Origin: Alphaproteobacteria bacterium
GTDB lineage: Bacteria; Pseudomonadota; Alphaproteobacteria; UBA8317
Length of the DNA: 26,719 nt
Assembly: GCA_038131935.1 (NCBI GenBank)
Contig: JAYPQH010000026.1
Span: 1 to 26,719 of the forward strand
Direction of reading: 5' to 3'
Positions 10,962-19,712 of this stretch are shown piece after piece. The position numbers and the translations under genes are program-made. Each line of letters begins with the position of its first letter. Position 1 is the stretch's first letter. The notes under the pieces were generated by a model. The model searched no databases, was not told the origin of the DNA, and saw nothing but the letters and a program-made list of their open reading frames with translations.

Positions 10962-12113
10962 ATGAAACCAATTTCTCCGACACCTTTCCATGCGATGGAA
11001 GTTTTGCGTCGCGGGCTTGAATTAGAGCGACTTGGCCAAACTGTTTATCATTTGGAGGTTGGTCAGCCGAGATTCAAGATTCCACCCCAGGTTTTGCAGG
11101 ATTTTCAACATTCCCTTCATACCCAAGATGTTCACGCCTACACAGGAGCATGGGGTAGGGAGGAATTCAAATTGGGAATAGCAACCCTTTATCAGAACCG
11201 ATTTGGTGTGGCTGTTTCTCCCCATCAAATTGGTGCCACAACAGGTTCATCTGGAGCGTTCCAAATGCTCTTTGCGTGGTTGGCATGTCAGGGGAAAACA
11301 CTGGCTTTGACCAACCCTGGTTATCCCGCTTACCGAAATATAGCTGCTGCCTCAGGACTTAGAACACAAGAAATTATGTGTGCTCATCCTCATTTTTCTT
11401 TGGACCTAGACAGTTTGACAAAAGCTTATGAACAACAACCATTTGATGCCTTTTTGCTGGCCAACCCATCGAATCCTACCGGACGTCATTTGCCTTATGA
11501 GGATATGATGGCCATTCTTCAATGGTGCATCACAAGGAATATTCTACTGATTTCTGATGAAATTTATGGCATGCTTACCTATCAACATAAGCCGTTTACC
11601 CTCGCAGGGCTATCGGATCACGTGATAGTCGTAGACAGTTTTTCAAAAAGTTTTGGACTTCCAGGATGGCGAATAGGTTGGCTCATCGCATCCCCAAAAA
11701 CCCTTGATGAGCTGGAACCATTTGCTCAAAATTTTCATATATGCGCGCCTGTCGCCTCACAATTAATGGGTGAAGCGACCATACGTCATGATGAGTTATT
11801 CCATGGTTTGTTAGAGCATATGGTAATCAATAGAAAAATCGTTCGCGATCAGTTGGCTGAAATTGATGCTTTTGAGTTAACACCTGCTGAAGGTGCTTTT
11901 TATCAATATATGTGTTTAAGGGAGCCACTCAAGCAGATAGGCAGCAGTAGCTTCTGCCATCGTCTGCTCGAAGAGACAGGTGTCGCCATGACACCCGGAA
12001 AAGACTTTGATCCTCACCAAGGTGAATCCTTCGTGCGTTTGTCTTATGCCGGGCATACGCAGGACGTCCAAGATGGCTTGGAACGTCTTCGTATATGGCT
12101 AAAAAACTTTTAA
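10962..12113 (+). CDS. PLP-dependent aminotransferase class I/II (aspartate aminotransferase-like)
   Basis: HLEVGQP, TTGSSGAF, PGYPAY, NPSNPTG, ISDEIY, SFSKSFGLPGWRIGW (PLP Lys), TPGKDFD, VRLSYA. Confidence 0.92.
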   Translation: MKPISPTPFHAMEVLRRGLELERLGQTVYHLEVGQPRFKIPPQVLQDFQHSLHTQDVHAYTGAWGREEFKLGIATLYQNRFGVAVSPHQIGATTGSSGAFQMLFAWLACQGKTLALTNPGYPAYRNIAAASGLRTQEIMCAHPHFSLDLDSLTKAYEQQPFDAFLLANPSNPTGRHLPYEDMMAILQWCITRNILLISDEIYGMLTYQHKPFTLAGLSDHVIVVDSFSKSFGLPGWRIGWLIASPKTLDELEPFAQNFHICAPVASQLMGEATIRHDELFHGLLEHMVINRKIVRDQLAEIDAFELTPAEGAFYQYMCLREPLKQIGSSSFCHRLLEETGVAMTPGKDFDPHQGESFVRLSYAGHTQDVQDGLERLRIWLKNF

Positions 12114-12124
12114 AGTTGCATCAC

Positions 12125-14431
12125 TCATAACCCAAATCGTGACTTCCACCATCCTTGGCGTGCGGGCTTCACATTATCTTCCGCTTGCGGTGTTGTTGGT
12201 GACGATACGGTTTCTTGTGACTGATCAGGCTGCGCCATCTCTATCTCGCCATCCACTTGTTTCGGGTCTTCGGTCTTGTCTAGAGCATCTTCTTGAAGAA
12301 GAACTTCTGGTGCCCCGATTATATCCGCTGCTTCGTGTGGCACAACCTCTTCAGACATCTCGGTGTTCGTTTCGTCCACGGCTGCGGAAATCTCATCACC
12401 TTCTTGAGAATCGAGCTTTGCGACGTTGTTATCCCTCTGTTGTTGTTCATTTTTTATTGGAATTTCAATTGCATCTTGCGTTGAGCTTGACGCTTCCAGA
12501 AGTGTTTCTGGGGTTTCCAAAATAACATTGTCAATCCGTTTTTTACGACGACCGCCCCGACGCCCCCTACGTCTACGACGGGGTTTGTCATCGCCAGGTT
12601 GCCCGTCATCTTGCATATCTAGATGGCTGTCTTGATCATCTTTATCTGTGCCGTTGTCATCAGATCGTGGCGTGTCAGTTGAAGAATGATCATCGTTCAT
12701 CTCGTTATCACCGGCATCCTCGAAGTCTTTTTTACCCTTGCGACGACGTCGCCGCCGGCGCTTATCATGGGCCTCTTCTTCAGCGCCTATCGACGGATGA
12801 GAAGATGGCAGTGGGATTTCTAAACCTTCTTCACTGTAAAGAGTGATTATGTAGTTTTCCTCGAGTGAATGGCTTTCAATGTCTAGACGCAAAACAACAT
12901 CGTAGCGGTTTTCTAAACCAAAAAATTCAGAGCGTTTTTCATTGGCAAGAAAGTTAGCCAAGTCTGGATGGGTTTTGATGACGACCCTATGAGGTTTTGC
13001 CATTGCAAGATATGCTTCTAACAACCGCATGATTTCTAAAGCAGCAGATTCTGTATTTCTTATCAGGCCTTGTCCTGCGCAAATAGGGCAAGTTGTGAAG
13101 GCAACCTCTGTCATGCTGGGGCGCAGTCGTTGCCTTGACATCTCCAACAATCCAAAATTGCTAATTTTGCCCATTTGGATGCGTGCGCGGTCGGACTTGA
13201 GGGCATCTTTAAGACGTTTCTCTACATTTCGGTTATGGCGGTTATCATCCATGTCGATAAAGTCGATAACAACCAAACCTCCCAAATCCCGTAGCTTGAG
13301 TTGACGGGCAACTTCAGTAGCGGCTTCTAGATTCGTTTTTAAGGCTGTTTCTTCAATGGAGTGCTCTTTTGTTGCGCGACCAGAGTTTACGTCGACAGCA
13401 ACCAATGCTTCAGTGCTGTTGATGACAAGATACCCCCCTGAAGGCAATTGGACCTCTGACTTGGTGAGGGATGATAATTGCTGTTCTAAGCCATGTGCGG
13501 CGAACAGTGGCGTAGGTTCCTTGTATTGTTTCACGTTCCGGGCATAAGAAGGCGTTAACATCTTCATAAAATCTTTGGCTTCTCTGTATGCCGTCTCACC
13601 CTGAACCCAGACATTTTCTACGTCGCGACTGAATAAGTCACGTATAGATTTTTTGACCAAACTTGCTTCTTCATAAACCAAACAAGGAGCGATAGAATTA
13701 AGCGTATCCTCACGCACTTTGTTCCACACGCGCATAAGATATTCAAAATCTCTCTTGATTTCCGCTTTTGTCCGCTGGGCGCCAGCTGTTCTTATAATGA
13801 GGCCCATGCCATCTGGAACATTCAATTCGCTGGCAATGGTTTTTAGCCTTTTTCTGTCTGCTGCATTGGTGATTTTGCGACTGATGCCGCCGCCGCTATC
13901 TGTATTCGGCATGAGAACGCAGTAACGACCAGGTAACGACAGGTAGGTTGTTAACGCTGCACCCTTCGTACCACGTTCTTCTTTAACAACTTGCACAAGA
14001 ATAATTTGTCGACGTTTGATAACTTCTTGTATTTTATAATGTTTTGAACGTTGTTGCTTAGGTCTAGGGGTGACGATGTCTTCTCCCCCCACATCCTCGA
14101 TTCCATCATTAGGCGCTACTTCAGTTTCACCTTCCTCGCGTGCTTGAGCTGCTTGCTCAGCTTTCAAGGCTTCACGATCTGCGAGTGGTATTTGGTAATA
14201 GTCAGGATGGATTTCGTTGAAAGCCAAAAATCCATGACGTTGTGCGCCATATTCGACAAAGGCAGCTTGTAGAGAAGGTTCAACCCTCGTAATCTTCGCA
14301 AGATAAATGTTCCCAGCGACCTGTTGGCGCTCTGAAACTTCGAAATCAAAATCTATTAACTGTTGGTCATCTACTACAGCAACCCTGGTTTCTTCCCGGT
14401 GGGAAGCATCGATTAACATTAATTTGGTCAT
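12125..14431 (-). CDS. rne: Ribonuclease E
   Basis: MLIDASH-EETRV, GNIYLAKITRVEPSLQAAFV, S1 domain with insert, VDVNSG, LRDLGGLVVIDFIDM, CPIC zinc link, and a disordered acidic/Arg-rich C-terminal domain ending in GWW. Confidence 0.97.
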   Translation of the reverse strand: MTKLMLIDASHREETRVAVVDDQQLIDFDFEVSERQQVAGNIYLAKITRVEPSLQAAFVEYGAQRHGFLAFNEIHPDYYQIPLADREALKAEQAAQAREEGETEVAPNDGIEDVGGEDIVTPRPKQQRSKHYKIQEVIKRRQIILVQVVKEERGTKGAALTTYLSLPGRYCVLMPNTDSGGGISRKITNAADRKRLKTIASELNVPDGMGLIIRTAGAQRTKAEIKRDFEYLMRVWNKVREDTLNSIAPCLVYEEASLVKKSIRDLFSRDVENVWVQGETAYREAKDFMKMLTPSYARNVKQYKEPTPLFAAHGLEQQLSSLTKSEVQLPSGGYLVINSTEALVAVDVNSGRATKEHSIEETALKTNLEAATEVARQLKLRDLGGLVVIDFIDMDDNRHNRNVEKRLKDALKSDRARIQMGKISNFGLLEMSRQRLRPSMTEVAFTTCPICAGQGLIRNTESAALEIMRLLEAYLAMAKPHRVVIKTHPDLANFLANEKRSEFFGLENRYDVVLRLDIESHSLEENYIITLYSEEGLEIPLPSSHPSIGAEEEAHDKRRRRRRRKGKKDFEDAGDNEMNDDHSSTDTPRSDDNGTDKDDQDSHLDMQDDGQPGDDKPRRRRRGRRGGRRKKRIDNVILETPETLLEASSSTQDAIEIPIKNEQQQRDNNVAKLDSQEGDEISAAVDETNTEMSEEVVPHEAADIIGAPEVLLQEDALDKTEDPKQVDGEIEMAQPDQSQETVSSPTTPQAEDNVKPARQGWWKSRFGL

Positions 14432-14448
14432 AGCTACTCTCTAGAACA

Positions 14449-14680
14449 GAAGAAGGTACAGGCACGAAAACGCGCTGCCACGACGGCATCTGTCCGTCTG
14501 TCATTTTTATGGCGCGCGTGGTGTATATCATTTGCCTGTGCCGTCCTCGAATGAAACGTTGGCCCTGCGTTGATGTAGGGCATTGATAAGGTTTACGCGG
14601 ACCAACCTCCCAAAGTAGGTAAGTTCCGATCAACGCTCTTTGTGATACTTTGTTTACTTGGTTAATGTCCATACCAAGTT
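14449..14680 (-). promoter_or_regulatory. Structured rne 5' leader (putative cis-regulatory RNA)
   Basis: Nested inverted repeats: ACAGGCA 14458-64/TGCCTGT 14533-39; CGCGC-T-GCCA 14471-80/TGGCGCGCG 14510-18; GACGG 14482-86/CCGTC 14494-98; GCCCT 14562-66/AGGGC 14577-81; ACTTGGT 14656-62/ACCAAGT 14673-79. Strand assigned only from position upstream of rne. Confidence 0.5.
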
Positions 14681-14865
14681 TGATTAGTTATTCCGTTTGT
14701 GTTCTCTACATAGTATGTGGGACAAGGCAATATGGTTAAGGCATCCTCAGTATGAGAAGCTTGGTGTTTTAAGGGGCTGAAAGCTTGGTTGGCGACAACA
14801 AAATTCTACTTTCAATACCTCTGACCTCGTTTTGTTGCCTGATACTGTGACTGCAAGGTGAAGAG

Positions 14866-17172
14866 ATGCTCTTAGGTTTTCTGATTGACGTGATTTTTGT
14901 ATCCATACTCGCATGTGGTATTGGGATGGCAGTCATGCTTGATCATTATCTTGCAGATTTACCTGACTATCAAAAATTATCAGAGTATCGCCCCAAAACG
15001 CCTACTGAAATTGTAGATGTACATGGTGAAACATTGGCATCTTTGTATACAGAATACAGGGTTTTTGCACCTATTGAGAATATTCCTGATGTTGTAAAAA
15101 ATGCTTTCATTTCAGCAGAGGATAAAAACTTTTTTACGCATCCTGGGTTAGATCCGTTTGGTATCGCTCGTGCCATGTTTTTTAATGTGAAGGCATTATC
15201 TTCGGGTGCTCGTATGCAAGGTGCTTCCACGATAACTCAGCAGGTTATGAAGAATTTTTTGCTCGATAGCGATCGAACATTAGAGAGAAAGCTCAAAGAA
15301 GCAGTATTGTCTCTGCGGTTTGAGCAGCAATTCACCAAAGAAAAAATTTTAGAGCTTTATCTCAATCAAATTTATTTAGGTGCTGGTTCATATGGGGTAG
15401 GGGCGGCAGCGCGTGTTTATTTTGGCAAATCACTCTCACAGCTAGCACCCCATGAAGCTGCGTTTTTAGCCGCACTTCCCAAAGCACCCAATGACTACCA
15501 TCCAATTAGGCGGCCTGATAGGGCAATTGCAAGGCGCAATTGGGTGTTGTCACAAATGTTCGAAAATGGATTTTTGGACCAAATTGCTTTTGAAATTTCA
15601 CGTGATGCGCCTTTGTCAGTTCGCCAAACATTGGATCGCCCTCCTCAAGCTCGAACGTATTTTACAGAGGCTGTTCGGCGCCAGTTGAATGAAATATTGG
15701 GGCCAGATGGAGTGTATGACCAAGGCTACAAAGTACAAACATCTTTGGATCCAAGGGTGGAAAATATCGTTGAAAAATCTATGCTTGAAGGCCTTTTTAG
15801 ATTTGATCGGGCGGGTGGCTATAAGGGTGCTTTAGCAAATTTCTCCTCCTACGAAGACGCACGATCTTATGACTTAAACATCACTCTTCCAGAGGGGTTT
15901 TTCTACGGTTGGGTGAGGACCGTTGGGCAAGAAGGCGTGGTGATCAAAGCACTTGAACAAGATAAGGAAATATTTCTTGAAAATGATGTCTTTCAATGGG
16001 CAAGAGACACTGGTGGGCGTTTTGTTTCAGGAGATGTGATTCTGTTGTCCCAAGGCCCAGAAGGATTCCGGTTGAGACAGGTTCCCAACCTTCAGGGGGC
16101 GGTGATCGTACTGAATGCTACCACGGGTGCTGTGGAAGCTATGCAGGGGGGATTTTCTTTTGCGACCAGTGAGTTCAATCGAGCAATTCAAGCCCAAAGG
16201 CAACCAGGTTCATTGGTAAAGCCATTTGTGTATGAGCGCGCTCTACATTTTGGATTTACGCCGGTTTCTATTGTTGTTGACGGTCCCATAGCTATTGATC
16301 AGGGACCTGGCTTAGATATGTGGAAGCCATCAAATTATTCAGATAAGTTTTATGGTCCCACACCTTTGCGTCGTGGTATTGAGTTGTCGCGTAATTTGAT
16401 GACTGTGCGGGTGGCTCGTGATGTTGGTATCGATCGCATTGCAGAGGGGCTAAGAAAATTGGGCTTGGCTGAAACAATACCCCCTTATTATTCAGCGGCA
16501 TTGGGTGCAATCGAAACCACACCAATGAGGTTGGCAGCTGCGTTTTCTACGTTGGCAAGGCGTGGAAGCGCGGCAACAGCTAGATTGATAGAAGCTATTA
16601 CAGAGCGTGATGGTAAAGTGGTCTTAAACAATCCAGATTTGTTGTGCGTCGATTGTCAAAACCTGGTTTTTGGTGAACAAATCTTAGATCCTCTTTCATC
16701 ATTCCAAGTGATTTGGATGATGCGGGGCACGGTGGAGCGTGGAACCGCAAAACGCATGAACAGGTTAGGATTTCCCGTCGCAGGAAAAACCGGCACCTCA
16801 AATGAAGCTCGTGATCTATGGTTTGCTGCCATAACGTCAAAACATGTAGTGATCGCGTATGTTGGATATGATACCCCTAAGCCGGTGGGTGAGCGTGCCA
16901 CTGGTGGCGGTGTTGCCGCGCCAATTGTTGAAGATGTTTTGTCGCAACTTTATGCAGATAGAGAAAAACCTGAAGAATTTGTTGCGCCGGATGGCATACA
17001 TTTTGATTATGTTTCAAGCCAAACCGGTATGTCACTCTCCCCAGAACAAGGTGGTATTTATGAGTCGTTTAAGTATGGTGAAGGCCCCAATAATTTTGTT
17101 CCAAATGCTGTAGCGGGCGAACGGGTAGAAGACGGTGCGAAACGGTTCAGTGGTGTGGGTGGTCTTTACTGA
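14866..17172 (+). CDS. mrcA: Class A penicillin-binding protein 1A
   Basis: N-terminal TM segment; glycosyltransferase motifs EDKNFF-H-G, GASTITQQ, RKLKE, ILELYLN; transpeptidase motifs SLVK (SxxK), SRN and KTG. Confidence 0.94.
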   Translation: MLLGFLIDVIFVSILACGIGMAVMLDHYLADLPDYQKLSEYRPKTPTEIVDVHGETLASLYTEYRVFAPIENIPDVVKNAFISAEDKNFFTHPGLDPFGIARAMFFNVKALSSGARMQGASTITQQVMKNFLLDSDRTLERKLKEAVLSLRFEQQFTKEKILELYLNQIYLGAGSYGVGAAARVYFGKSLSQLAPHEAAFLAALPKAPNDYHPIRRPDRAIARRNWVLSQMFENGFLDQIAFEISRDAPLSVRQTLDRPPQARTYFTEAVRRQLNEILGPDGVYDQGYKVQTSLDPRVENIVEKSMLEGLFRFDRAGGYKGALANFSSYEDARSYDLNITLPEGFFYGWVRTVGQEGVVIKALEQDKEIFLENDVFQWARDTGGRFVSGDVILLSQGPEGFRLRQVPNLQGAVIVLNATTGAVEAMQGGFSFATSEFNRAIQAQRQPGSLVKPFVYERALHFGFTPVSIVVDGPIAIDQGPGLDMWKPSNYSDKFYGPTPLRRGIELSRNLMTVRVARDVGIDRIAEGLRKLGLAETIPPYYSAALGAIETTPMRLAAAFSTLARRGSAATARLIEAITERDGKVVLNNPDLLCVDCQNLVFGEQILDPLSSFQVIWMMRGTVERGTAKRMNRLGFPVAGKTGTSNEARDLWFAAITSKHVVIAYVGYDTPKPVGERATGGGVAAPIVEDVLSQLYADREKPEEFVAPDGIHFDYVSSQTGMSLSPEQGGIYESFKYGEGPNNFVPNAVAGERVEDGAKRFSGVGGLY

Positions 17173-17237
17173 AACGGTATAATGTCAGTAAGACGTAGTC
17201 TCGAATTATGTAAAATTATGAAGGAATCAATGCGGCC

Positions 17238-18365
17238 ATGAATGCTGATATGCAAGCAAAAGTAAGTTCCATCAAGCAGTCATTGGAACTGCTGAGGAGG
17301 CGTCTTTAACTGGGAACAAGCGATCGAAAGATTAGAAGAGCTCGATGCGATGTCTGAGGCACCTGATTTTTGGAATCAACCTGAAGAAGCACAGAGATTA
17401 ATGCAGGAGCGAAACAAACTTGATGCATCCATCGCAGCATGTCTTGGCATAGAAAATGAACTGAATGAATATATAGAACTTTGGCTTTATCCTTGGAAAA
17501 GAGAATGATACAGAATTTTTGAGAAATTGCAATAATCACTCTCAGAGCTTGCAGATGGGCGCGCGATTTAGAATTGCAGGCTCTATTGTCTGGAGAAGCT
17601 GATGGTAATGACACCTATCTCGAGATTCATGCTGGCGCCGGTGGGACTGAATCTCAAGACTGGGCTTCCAAATGCTTTGCAATGAAGGGGAGCCAATGAT
17701 TTGGCTGAGCTATGGCAAAAGCGAGGTCTTAGAAACAACCGCTGGTGAAGAAGCGGGCCTCAAATCAGCTACAATTAGCATAAAGGGTGAGAATGCATAT
17801 GGCTGGTTAAAAACTGAGAGCGGTGTCCATCGTTTGGTGCGTATCTCTCCATTTGATTCCAACGCTCGCCGCCATACCAGTTTTCCAGTGTTTGGGTCTA
17901 TCCAGTTGATGATGACAAATATCGATATTGATGTCTAGGGAAAGATGTCAGGATCGGATACATATCGCCTCTGGAGCAGGTGGCTGCATGATGAACACGA
18001 CTGATTCTGCAGTGGTGCGAATTACCCATATAGAAACGGGGTGTTGTAAAAAGGTAGTGTCCAGTCTGAGCGTTTCTCAACATAAAAACCGTGCAAGTGC
18101 TTGGAACATGTTACGGGCCCGATTATATGAGCGTGAACTCGCTGAACGTGAGGCGAAAGCCCAAGCTACTGAAAGTGCAAAAACGGAGATAGGTTGGGGA
18201 CATCAAATCCGTTCTTATGTCTTACAACCATATCAGTTGGTCAAAGATTTGCGTACACAAGTAGAAAGCACGTCGCCAGATGATGTTTTGGATGGCAAAA
18301 TCAATGCATTCCTAGCAGCAAGTTTGGCAGCATCAGTCGGTCAAGAAGACAGTAATGCTGGTTGA
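17238..18365 (+). CDS. prfB: Peptide chain release factor 2, with a programmed +1 frameshift and several additional apparent sequence errors
   Basis: 23-codon first frame [23 protein letters not shown], then in the +1 frame [12 protein letters not shown]...PDFWN; later fragments [34 protein letters not shown] (SPF), NTTDSAV-RITH, SQHKN and [21 protein letters not shown]. Frame is garbled between about 17480 and 18070. Confidence 0.93.
17295..17310 (+). promoter_or_regulatory. prfB programmed +1 ribosomal frameshift cassette (AGGAGG-CGT-CTT-TAA-C)
   Basis: Internal SD-like AGGAGG (17295-17300), 3-nt spacer, slippery CTT T and in-frame stop TAA (17307-09) followed by C. The +1 frame continues as RF2. 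Confidence 0.88.
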
Positions 18366-19135
18366 TCATAAAAATGCTGAGGTAGACCTGCCTTCGCTCG
18401 TGCTTCATGATTGAAGGGCAGTTTAAGTCGTCCTGTAAACCGATTTTGAATGATATCCAGAAAGGTTTTCTCAGGTTTGAGGCCTTTCTGGTTGCACAAA
18501 TATCTATACCATTTGACGCCATAGCCAACATGCCCAACTTCTTCATGATAGATAATCTGTAAGTGCGCCAAAGATGCTGTATCACCAAATTTACGCAATT
18601 TTGCCATGATGGTTGGGGTTACATCGAGACCTCTAGCTTCAAGTACTAGTGGGACAATAACAAGTCGTGCGAGCATGCAATCATTCGTCACCATGGTAGC
18701 TTCCCATAAACCGTCGTGAGCAGAATAAGCACCGTAATGGGAATGATGTCTTAAGAGTCGTTGATTTAGACCTAAAAAATGTTGCGCTTCTTGTTCGGCT
18801 ACAACGATCCAGTCGTCAAAAAAAGAATTGGGCATTCCAAATTCGATGCCCATCAGTAATGTGTGCCAAGACATATCTAAAGCGTTCAGTTCAATATGAG
18901 CTAAGGCATGAAGTTGAGGGATGCCAGCTTTACCCTTGCGTTGGGGGACTTGGTTTGGTGGCACCAAACATGGTCGTTCAGGGCGAGATGGTCTCAAAGG
19001 TCTATTGCCGCTGCCAAAAGAGCAACCAATCCGAAACTGATCTGAGTACTGTAGTGTCTTGATCGCTTTTGACGCAGGGTTTGGGTCTTGTAATATGTCA
19101 CAGCCCATCTGCGTGAGGTTAAAGCTGGTTTTCAC
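18341..19135 (-). CDS. Ferritin-like domain protein (DUF455 family)
   Basis: [54 protein letters not shown]. Confidence 0.88.
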   Translation of the reverse strand: MKTSFNLTQMGCDILQDPNPASKAIKTLQYSDQFRIGCSFGSGNRPLRPSRPERPCLVPPNQVPQRKGKAGIPQLHALAHIELNALDMSWHTLLMGIEFGMPNSFFDDWIVVAEQEAQHFLGLNQRLLRHHSHYGAYSAHDGLWEATMVTNDCMLARLVIVPLVLEARGLDVTPTIMAKLRKFGDTASLAHLQIIYHEEVGHVGYGVKWYRYLCNQKGLKPEKTFLDIIQNRFTGRLKLPFNHEARAKAGLPQHFYDQPALLSS

Positions 19136-19138
19136 GGG

Positions 19139-19624
19139 CTAAAGCGCCTCTAGTACTTCTTCTACGTGGCCTGGCACCTTCACCTTGCGCCAAATATTTT
19201 TAAAATTTCCTTGCTCGTCAATCAGGAAAGTTGAGCGTTCAACACCCATATATTTTTTTCCATACATGCTTTTTTCTTTCCAAGCATCATAGGTGGATAG
19301 TACAGATTTTTCTGTATCGCTTGCCAAAATAACCGTTAGGCTATGCTTGGCACGAAAATTCGCATGTGATTTTATTGAATCTGGTGATAGGCCAACAACA
19401 ACTGCACCTTTATCGGCAAAGGATGATAAATGTTCTGAAAATCCAATGGCCTCTTTTGTGCATCCAGACGTATTATCTTTTGGGTAGAAAAATAATACGA
19501 CTTGTTTGCCTTTGTGATCTGACAGGGTGAATGTCCCTTGATCGGTCTCGAGTGTAAAATCTGGTGCTGGATGTCCAACATCAATGGTGTGTTCTGATGT
19601 GTCCTTGGCGATAATATCATTCAT
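19139..19624 (-). CDS. bcp: Peroxiredoxin BCP/PrxQ
   Basis: FYPKDNTSGCTKEA (PxxxTxxC), G-SPD, EKSMYGKKYMGVERSTFLID, VKVPGH. Confidence 0.93.
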   Translation of the reverse strand: MNDIIAKDTSEHTIDVGHPAPDFTLETDQGTFTLSDHKGKQVVLFFYPKDNTSGCTKEAIGFSEHLSSFADKGAVVVGLSPDSIKSHANFRAKHSLTVILASDTEKSVLSTYDAWKEKSMYGKKYMGVERSTFLIDEQGNFKNIWRKVKVPGHVEEVLEAL

Positions 19625-19712
19625 GGCATAACCTCTGTTTTGCTATCTCTTGTCCTTTAGGGCATGATGTGGAACAGCAAGTCGTATTGGTCAATAAGGT
19701 CATGAGGAAGAT

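Noticed and set aside
12541-12765. CGACGA/CGCCGC low-complexity repeats
   Set aside because: These are Arg codon runs of the RNase E C-terminal domain, not a repeat array or CRISPR.
14367-14672. 101-aa minus-strand ORF upstream of and overlapping rne, as a possible leader protein
   Set aside because: No recognisable motif, out of frame with rne, and it coincides with the structured leader; no support beyond being open.
14773-14840. GGGGCTGA resembling the 5' end of tmRNA
   Set aside because: No recognisable T-arm/CCA acceptor, tag reading frame or room for the permuted alphaproteobacterial tmRNA was seen.
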